Part shown: positions 57,597 through 64,000 of the stretch, piece by piece
How the letters are laid out: each line of letters opens with the position of its first letter
Position numbering within the stretch: the first letter of the stretch is position 1
Source of the DNA: Bryobacter sp.
Lineage (GTDB): Bacteria; Acidobacteriota; Terriglobia; Bryobacterales; Bryobacteraceae
DNA length: 64,000 nucleotides
Direction of reading: 5' to 3'
Assembly (NCBI GenBank): GCA_044340255.1
Contig: JBIITX010000001.1
Span: 132,138-196,137 of the forward strand
Translations under genes and position numbers: made by a program
Notes under the pieces: generated by a model
Seen by the model: the letters and a program-made list of their open reading frames with translations, nothing else
Database searches by the model: none
What the model was told of the DNA's origin: nothing

Positions 57597-58382
57597 GTGA
57601 AAAGCGCTTTCCTACTCTTTTTGATCTCGATGATTTTGACGGGCCAGGAGGTGGTGTACCTGTGGCCTGAGACGATGAGCGCGGAGCGCGAGAAGCCGAC
57701 CGGGGCTGGCGATATGGAGCGAGTGACGAATGTGCACAATCCGTCGCTGACTGTTTATTTGCCTCAAAAAGGGAATGGGACGGGGATTGTGGTTTGTCCT
57801 GGGGGTGGGCATCGGCATTTGGCCGTGGAGCATGAGGGGCGGAATGTGGCGCAGTATTTCAATCGTCTGGGAGTGGCGGTGTTTGTATTGAAGTACAGGC
57901 TGGCGCGGGCCGAGGGGTCGAAGTATACGGTGGAAGAGCATGCGCTGGCGGATGCGAAGCAGGCGATGAAGGTGGTGCGGAAGAATGGGCTGAAGTGGGG
58001 TGTGGGGGAAGGGAAGTTGGGGGTGATGGGATTCTCGGCGGGAGGGGAGCTGGCGGCATTGGTGTCTTCTCGCTTTGATGAGGGTTCGCGGCCGGACTTT
58101 CAGGTGTTGATGTACCCGGGGTCTGGATCAGGTGCGGTGACGTACGGGAAGAATGCACCGCCGGCATTCTTGCTGATGGCCGATGATGATAAAACGCCGA
58201 CGGTTGGGGTGATGAATTTGTATGAGAGTTTGAAGAAGGCGGGGGTGCCGGCGGAGGTGCATATTTTTGAGAAGGGTGGGCATGGGTTTGGGGTGAGGCC
58301 GAATGCGAAGTCGCTGGTGGGGCGGAGCTGGCTGGAGCGGCTGACGGACTGGATGGAGGAGCGGGGGCTGGTTACGCGATGA
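57597..58382 (+). CDS. Alpha/beta hydrolase (carbohydrate esterase-like)
   Basis: VVCPGGG, GFSAGG, RPDFQVLMYP, GGHGFG. Confidence 0.88.
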   Translation: MKSAFLLFLISMILTGQEVVYLWPETMSAEREKPTGAGDMERVTNVHNPSLTVYLPQKGNGTGIVVCPGGGHRHLAVEHEGRNVAQYFNRLGVAVFVLKYRLARAEGSKYTVEEHALADAKQAMKVVRKNGLKWGVGEGKLGVMGFSAGGELAALVSSRFDEGSRPDFQVLMYPGSGSGAVTYGKNAPPAFLLMADDDKTPTVGVMNLYESLKKAGVPAEVHIFEKGGHGFGVRPNAKSLVGRSWLERLTDWMEERGLVTR

Positions 58383-58941
58383 AGGTGATGGGCTGGTAGC
58401 CGGAGGAGAGGACGAGTTGGGTGAGGGGCGGCGTGAGGGGTTGGATGCTGGTGGTGGGGAGGTTGGTGGGTTGGTAGCCGCTGGGGGTCCAAAGGTAGGC
58501 GCTGCCTTCGTGTTTGAGGAAGGCCTGTTGGTTGATGGCGTACATCGCGTAGTTGGGGAGATCGCCGAAAGGTATGAGTGGTTGCGGGGTGAGGCGCTGG
58601 GCGTGGAGGCTTTGGTCGAGCTGTTTGGCTGACTGGCAGCCGGAGAGCTTGAGGAATTGATTGTAGGCCTCGCGACGGCAGTAGGCGCAGGGACGGTGGC
58701 CTGCGGCGAAGGCAGTGACTTCGTCGAGGAAGAAGAGCTGGGTCCAGCGGCGGGGCTCCATTAGGGGGCGGCGCATGTTTTTGTATTGGAGGAGGCAGAC
58801 GATCCAAGCTTTGGTGCGCCAGCGGGTGGTTACGAGTTGTTGCTGGTCGTTGTGGAGGATGCCGCGATTGCCGGTGAAGAGGCCACGGGCGGGGTCGGCG
58901 ATGATGGTCGAGAAGGGCGTTACCCGGTTTTGGAGGGGCAT
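58372..58941 (-). CDS. Conserved hypothetical protein with CxxC
   Basis: GNRGILH, LFFLDEVTAFAAGHRPCAYCRR. Confidence 0.8.
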   Translation of the reverse strand: MPLQNRVTPFSTIIADPARGLFTGNRGILHNDQQQLVTTRWRTKAWIVCLLQYKNMRRPLMEPRRWTQLFFLDEVTAFAAGHRPCAYCRREAYNQFLKLSGCQSAKQLDQSLHAQRLTPQPLIPFGDLPNYAMYAINQQAFLKHEGSAYLWTPSGYQPTNLPTTSIQPLTPPLTQLVLSSGYQPITFIA

Positions 58942-59020
58942 GTCGGCCTGGGCGAGTTCCTAGAGGGCTGGCAAGACGGCGTTGCAGCTTACTGAAGAGG
59001 GTTCCACGCGCTGGTAGGGG

Positions 59021-59377
59021 TTATGATCGCACGTCTGGTGGCTGGAGAGATTTTTTGATCTGGGAGTAGCGGAGGAGGAACATGCTCTCGTTGAGGCGCT
59101 TGCGGCGGAGCCAGGCGGTGACCTCTTCGTTGCACTTGCTGGTGTTGCAGGCAGCGCAGGCCGGGACGACGTTGGCGAGGGTGTAGCGACCGCCGCGGGA
59201 GATGGCCATTACGCAGTCTTTTTGGAGCGGCTTGTCGGTGGTGCCGCAGTAGGCGCAGCCGCCCCAGGACTGCTTGAGGGTGGCCCATTGGTCTTCGCTG
59301 AGGTCGTGATCGACGCGACTCATGCGGACCTTTCGCCGCTTTGCCGCGCGGGCTTTGCGGCTTCTGCTGGTGGCCAT
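59021..59377 (-). CDS. HNH-family endonuclease-like protein
   Basis: CAYCG...LQKDCV.AISRGG...NVVPACAACNTSK. Confidence 0.82.
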   Translation of the reverse strand: MATSRSRKARAAKRRKVRMSRVDHDLSEDQWATLKQSWGGCAYCGTTDKPLQKDCVMAISRGGRYTLANVVPACAACNTSKCNEEVTAWLRRKRLNESMFLLRYSQIKKSLQPPDVRS

Positions 59378-59381
59378 TTCT

Positions 59382-60479
59382 CTATGGTAGTTTGCGGAGG
59401 GAGTTGAGGAGGGTTTGGGCGGAGGTGCGTTCGGTGTCATTGGCGGCGGTGGAGATAGCGCGTTGGAGGGCTTGCCTGGCTTCGGTGGGTTGGTTGGCTT
59501 CGCTGTAGGCAAAGCCGAGAGCGTACCAACAACTGCTGCTCGAGGGGCGTAGCTGGCAGGCGCGCTCGAGCTTTGGGATGGCGTCTTTGTGTTGCCCGGA
59601 ATCGGAGAGGCGGAGGCCTTCGAGGAAGGTGGGCTCGGCGGCATCGTCCGGGCCTAAGGTTGCTGGATTCCAGGCCGGGAACTGGTTGTGGAACTCTATC
59701 TGGATTTCTTTGATTTCCTGCGGGGTGAGGGTGGCGGTTGTGGAGTTGGGATTGAGCAGATCGACAGTCCTGATGCGCACTGGAAATTTGTTGATGGCGA
59801 TGGTGGTGGGGAAGGGCGTAGTGGGCTGCCAGGTAGGCCAGAGATGGTAGGCGAGGGCCCAGTAGAGTGCGTAGTCGCTTGCAGTGGGTGGCTGGTTCTC
59901 TAGGGTCGGGATCGTTAGCGATTTCAGGCGGCTGAGGGGCCCCTTGTGGCGAGTTGGGGTAAGGCCGAGGATGAGTTCTGTAGAATGCCCCTTGTTGCGA
60001 AGGGCGAGGGTAGAGTAATATTCACAGATACCTTCCTCGAACCACGTTGGTAAATTCGGGAGCTTTTGATGGAGTACCGCGTGGATGTACTCATGGCTGA
60101 GCACCTCGAGGAAATTGGGGGCGGCAGGATTGGCGATTATCCAATCGTGACGCGGGCCTGAGAGAAATTGGCCCTGTTCCAGTTTATTGTCGACCAGTTT
60201 GAGCCAGTCGGCTTCCTTGCGCGGTAGCCAGAGCCGGAGTGGGCTCGAAGCGACCCAATCGGCACCGTGGATTGCCTGAATGGCGGCACGGAGATGTTCC
60301 AGACGGAAGAGTCCTTGTTCGACAAGCTGCAAAGATGCAGCGGCACTGTAAAAAATGAAGTTCTGCGATCGAAGAGCGGTTTGACCGTTCAAGGCTGGCG
60401 CAAAGAGCCAGAAAATGGCGGCGAACCATCGCACTGATAAAAAGAATGGATTGTTTAAGAAGGAGAGATTCCCTAGCAT
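59382..60479 (-). CDS. Zinc-metallopeptidase-like (HExxH) protein with C-terminal TPR
   Basis: LSHEYIHA...WFEEGICEY; TPR-like AIPKLERACQL.P....CWYALG. Confidence 0.65.
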   Translation of the reverse strand: MLGNLSFLNNPFFLSVRWFAAIFWLFAPALNGQTALRSQNFIFYSAAASLQLVEQGLFRLEHLRAAIQAIHGADWVASSPLRLWLPRKEADWLKLVDNKLEQGQFLSGPRHDWIIANPAAPNFLEVLSHEYIHAVLHQKLPNLPTWFEEGICEYYSTLALRNKGHSTELILGLTPTRHKGPLSRLKSLTIPTLENQPPTASDYALYWALAYHLWPTWQPTTPFPTTIAINKFPVRIRTVDLLNPNSTTATLTPQEIKEIQIEFHNQFPAWNPATLGPDDAAEPTFLEGLRLSDSGQHKDAIPKLERACQLRPSSSSCWYALGFAYSEANQPTEARQALQRAISTAANDTERTSAQTLLNSLRKLP

Positions 60480-60500
60480 TGCAATATGGGATCTAGCACT

Positions 60501-61250
60501 ATGACCGAACCCCAAACCTCTCAAGTAGCATTGTTGCACCGTATTTCGAGCATTGTCAGTTCTCAACGTTCGTTGGACGAAATGTTGGGTGAAATCATTG
60601 GCTTGACGGTGCAGGTAACGAACTGCGACGCGGCGCTGGTTTACCTGATCGAGAAGGAAGCGAATGAAATTGTGTTGCGCGCCTCACAGGTGCCTCATGC
60701 CCAGGATTTGAACCTGTTGCGCATGAAGGTTGGTGAAGGTGTGACGGGCTGGGTAGCCGAGCACAAGTCGGTTGTGGCACTGGCGGCGAATTCTGGCCTG
60801 GACCATCGGTTCAAGCGGTTTCAAGGTCTCGTGGAGGATACCTATGAAGCCTTCCTGTCGGTGCCACTGATTAATCAGGGTGAGATTATCGGCGTCATCA
60901 ACGTACATCACCGGGAAGCGCATCCGCACACGGCTGAAGAGATCTCGCTGCTGACCTTTATTGGGGAGCAGATGGGGATTGCGATTTCCAAGCAGGTGCT
61001 GAGTGAAGAGAACCAGCGGCTGCTGAGCGAGACCGAAGAGATGAAGCGGCAGCTTGAGACTCGGAAGCTGGTGGAGCGGGCCAAGGGAATTCTGCAATCG
61101 CGCTACAAGCTGACTGAAGAAGAAGCTTATTTGCGGTTGCGCAATGAGAGCCGCCGTCACCGGAAGCCGATGAAGGAATTGGCCGAGGCGATCATCCTGG
61201 CTGAAGAGCTGGCGCGAAAGAGCGATGATCCGGATGACGAGACGGCCTAG
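60501..61250 (+). CDS. GAF + ANTAR domain RNA-binding regulator
   Basis: GAF (GEGVTGWVA, AFLSVPL); ANTAR RKLVERAKGILQ.RY.LTEEEAY.RLRNES. Confidence 0.9.
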   Translation: MTEPQTSQVALLHRISSIVSSQRSLDEMLGEIIGLTVQVTNCDAALVYLIEKEANEIVLRASQVPHAQDLNLLRMKVGEGVTGWVAEHKSVVALAANSGLDHRFKRFQGLVEDTYEAFLSVPLINQGEIIGVINVHHREAHPHTAEEISLLTFIGEQMGIAISKQVLSEENQRLLSETEEMKRQLETRKLVERAKGILQSRYKLTEEEAYLRLRNESRRHRKPMKELAEAIILAEELARKSDDPDDETA

Positions 61251-61270
61251 TTGGCTTTAGCCTAGTAGAG

Positions 61271-62233
61271 TTGGACTCTTTCGAACCCTTATTCCGAAAC
61301 GGCGATCTGGCTACGATCGCAGCAAACTTCTGGCCTCGTAATTTAGACGAGGCCCGTTTTGCTGGTGTGCGGGAATTGCACCGCACGGAAGCCGATGTGC
61401 AAGTGCTGGCGGTGAGGCATGAGCCGGCGCAGAGTGCGCGGGGAGAGCTGATTGTGCTGCATGGGCTTGAAGGATCGCACGAGTCTGGCTACATGAAGAG
61501 CATGGCGCAGGCGGGGCTGGAGCGGGGGCTGCGGGTGCATCGCTTGAACATGCGGACTTGCGGTGGGACGGAAGGCCTGGCGCCGACGCTTTATCATGCG
61601 GGGTTGACGCAGGACCTGTTGCGGATTGTAGAGAGTTTGCATGCGGCTGGGCGGGGCCCGATTTTCCTGATGGGGTATTCGCTAGGTGGAAATGTGGTGT
61701 TGAAGCTGGCGGGGGAATTGGGGGAGCGCGCGGCGGAGTTGGGGGTGCGCGGTGTTGTGTCGGTTTCTACGCCACTGGATTTGATGGCTTGCTGTCTGCG
61801 GATGCAGGAGAAGCGCAACTTCATTTACTCGAACAAGTTCATTGAGAGGTTGAAGGCGCGCTACCGGCGGAGAGCGGTGGAGTTTCCTGACCTGTTTCCT
61901 CTCGATGGATTAGATGCGGTGAAGAGTGTGCTGGAGTTTGATGACAAGTTCACCTCGAAGGCTTTTGGCTTTGGTGATGCAGCCAATTACTATGGGACGC
62001 AATCGAGCCAGCATTTCTTACAAGGAATTTCAGTTCCGGGGCTTTTAATTCATTCCGAGGATGATCCGCTGATTCCCAAGTGGGTTTATGAGAAGGCGGA
62101 CCCGGAAAAGAATCGGAATCTGAAATTGATTTTGACGCGGTATGGCGGGCATGTGGGCTTTCTGGCGCGGCGTGGGGCGAGGTTTTGGGCAGAGGAATGT
62201 GCGGCGGATTGGATTTCGGGGAACATGTCGTAG
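61271..62233 (+). CDS. YheT-like alpha/beta hydrolase
   Basis: LHGLEGS, GYSLGGN, DDPLIP, GGHVGF. Confidence 0.88.
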   Translation: MDSFEPLFRNGDLATIAANFWPRNLDEARFAGVRELHRTEADVQVLAVRHEPAQSARGELIVLHGLEGSHESGYMKSMAQAGLERGLRVHRLNMRTCGGTEGLAPTLYHAGLTQDLLRIVESLHAAGRGPIFLMGYSLGGNVVLKLAGELGERAAELGVRGVVSVSTPLDLMACCLRMQEKRNFIYSNKFIERLKARYRRRAVEFPDLFPLDGLDAVKSVLEFDDKFTSKAFGFGDAANYYGTQSSQHFLQGISVPGLLIHSEDDPLIPKWVYEKADPEKNRNLKLILTRYGGHVGFLARRGARFWAEECAADWISGNMS

Positions 62234-62255
62234 CAGAACTTCGTCTTAACCGCTG

Positions 62256-63503
62256 ATGAAGCAGCAGAGGACGAGCGCGTTTTGGGAAGCGGTGAAGGTT
62301 GCGATCTCGAGCTTACGGTCGAGTAAGCTGCGCAGCTTTTTGACTTTGCTGGGAATCATTCTGGCGACGACCACACTGATTGCGGTGATGAGCCTGATTC
62401 ATGGCATGGATGTTTATATTGCCGAGAAGGTGAGCTCGATGGGGGCGGATGGGTTTCGCGTGGTGCGGATGGCATTCATTGGGGATTGGGACCCGAAGAA
62501 GTATCTGGAGCTGTTGCGCAAGAACCCGGAATTGCGGCGGGAAGAGTATGAGTTTGTGCGGGCGAAAGCGACGCTGGTGAAGGAGATTGCGATTCAGGTT
62601 TCGCGGCGTGGGGCGGTGGCGTATGAAGGGGATCGGCTGGACTTAGTGACGGTGGAGGGGGGATCGCCGAATCTGGCGGCGATTGAGAATACGCAGATTG
62701 AGAGCGGGCGCTACTTCACGGATATCGATAACCAGAGGCATTTGATGGTGGCGTTTCTGGGGCACGACTTGAAGGATCGCTGGTTTCCGAATGTGGATGC
62801 GGTGGGGAAGGTGGTCCTGGTGGATGGCCGGCCGTATGAGGTGATTGGTGTGGCTAAGTCGAAGGGGAGTGTGTTTGGGCAGACTCGGGATAGCTTTGTG
62901 ACGATTCCTGCCGAGACGTATTTCAAGAGTTATGGGGCGAGGAAGGGGATTAGCTACAGCGTGGTGGCGATTGGGCATGACAAGCTGATGCAGGCGCAAG
63001 AGGAAGTGAAGATGTTGATTCGGTCTTTCCGGCGGTTGGGGCCGGCGCAGGAAGATAACTTTGCGATCTTCAACTCGGATTCGCTGTCGAATGCGTGGAG
63101 TCAGATGACGGGGGCGATTGCGGCGACGGCGATGGCGGTGGTGAGTGTCTTCATGGTGGTGGGCGGGGTGGTGATTATGAACATCATGCTGGCGGTGGTG
63201 AGCGAGCGGACGCAGGAGATTGGGATCCGCAAGAGTCTGGGGGCGCGGCGGAGCGACATTCTGAATCAGTTTCTGGTGGAGAGTGCGGTGCTGGCTGCCA
63301 GTGGCGGGGTGTTTGGGGTGGTGATTGCGTGGCTGTTTGCGGTGGTGATCCGGAATGTGACGCCGGTGCCGATGTCGATGCCGATCGGGAGTGTGTTGCT
63401 GGGGGTGGGGCTTTCGATGACGGTGGGGTTGTTCTTTGGAATCTATCCGGCGCGGCAGGCCTCGAAGATGGATCCGATCGAAGCGATGAGAACGGAGCGA
63501 TAG
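62256..63503 (+). CDS. ABC transporter permease (MacB/FtsX family)
   Basis: LRSFLTLLGI, VGGVVIMNIML..VSERTQEIGIRKSLGA, YPARQASKMDPIEAMR. Confidence 0.95.
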   Translation: MKQQRTSAFWEAVKVAISSLRSSKLRSFLTLLGIILATTTLIAVMSLIHGMDVYIAEKVSSMGADGFRVVRMAFIGDWDPKKYLELLRKNPELRREEYEFVRAKATLVKEIAIQVSRRGAVAYEGDRLDLVTVEGGSPNLAAIENTQIESGRYFTDIDNQRHLMVAFLGHDLKDRWFPNVDAVGKVVLVDGRPYEVIGVAKSKGSVFGQTRDSFVTIPAETYFKSYGARKGISYSVVAIGHDKLMQAQEEVKMLIRSFRRLGPAQEDNFAIFNSDSLSNAWSQMTGAIAATAMAVVSVFMVVGGVVIMNIMLAVVSERTQEIGIRKSLGARRSDILNQFLVESAVLAASGGVFGVVIAWLFAVVIRNVTPVPMSMPIGSVLLGVGLSMTVGLFFGIYPARQASKMDPIEAMRTER

Positions 63504-63507
63504 AGAA

Positions 63508-64000
63508 ATGTTTCAGAATGTGTTCTGGTCGAGCGTGGGAATGGCCCTTGATACTTTGCGGAGTTACAAGCTGCGGTCCTTTTTGACGGTGCTGGGAGTG
63601 ATTATCGGGACGGGGACGATTATTGGTGTGGGATCGATTATCACTGGCATGGATGAGGCCTTTGCCAATGCGATGCGGACGTTTGGATCCGACACGATGG
63701 TGGTGTTCAAGTTTTCGATGGGGCCGCGGATGGGGAACCGCAGTGCGGAAGAGCGGATGCGCAAGCCGCTGACGTATGAGCAGGCGCAGGCGATTCGGGA
63801 GCGATGCCCGAGTGTGCAGCGGGTGACTACCGGGCTGATGCCGTGGCGGGGGGTGCAGAAGATCCGCTACCAGGCCAACGATTATGCCGGTGTGGATTTG
63901 TGGGGGGCCGACCCGAGCTACGCCGAGGTGTGGCAGGTAGACATGATTCATGGGCGCTTCTTCAATGAAGTGGATAACCAACATCGGGCCAAGGTGGTGG
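63508..64000 (+). CDS. Second MacB-family ABC permease, 3'-truncated by the window edge
   Basis: MFQNVFWSSVGMALDTLRSYKLRSFLTVLGVIIGTGTIIGV; open to the end. Confidence 0.9.
   Translation, partial: MFQNVFWSSVGMALDTLRSYKLRSFLTVLGVIIGTGTIIGVGSIITGMDEAFANAMRTFGSDTMVVFKFSMGPRMGNRSAEERMRKPLTYEQAQAIRERCPSVQRVTTGLMPWRGVQKIRYQANDYAGVDLWGADPSYAEVWQVDMIHGRFFNEVDNQHRAKVV

Overview
GC-rich bacterial chromosome segment. The gene content (five Oar-type TonB-dependent receptors, a PSD1/DUF1553 plus DUF1501 pair, and ANRANAQ-motif and GAF-ANTAR proteins) suggests an Acidobacteriota (Bryobacteraceae-like) origin, which is an inference. The core content is a glycan-utilisation region (TBDRs, GH16-GH43-like fusion, GH3, a CE8-PL1 pectin enzyme), tRNA-Arg(UCG), rpsO-pnp, transporters and hydrolases. 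There are two accessory regions. (1) At 0.4-4.8 kb, the last 228 bp of the DUF1501 gene occur three times. They delimit two integrase-free units (2753 and 1486 bp) with shared left and right end sequences but different cargo: a beta-lactamase-fold hydrolase and a HicAB module. This looks like a tandem array of non-autonomous, gene-restoring integrative cassettes and is the most novel signal in the window. (2) At about 30.8-42.3 kb is a defence-type island: amber-interrupted HicB, YefM-YoeB, a tRNA 3'-end relic, DUF4365, a C5-methyltransferase with a GHKL-ATPase/PD-(D/E)xK restriction enzyme, a second DUF4365, and a trypsin-NucA fusion, with a degenerate direct-repeat family bracketing part of it. 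All alignments were done by eye and no database searches were run.
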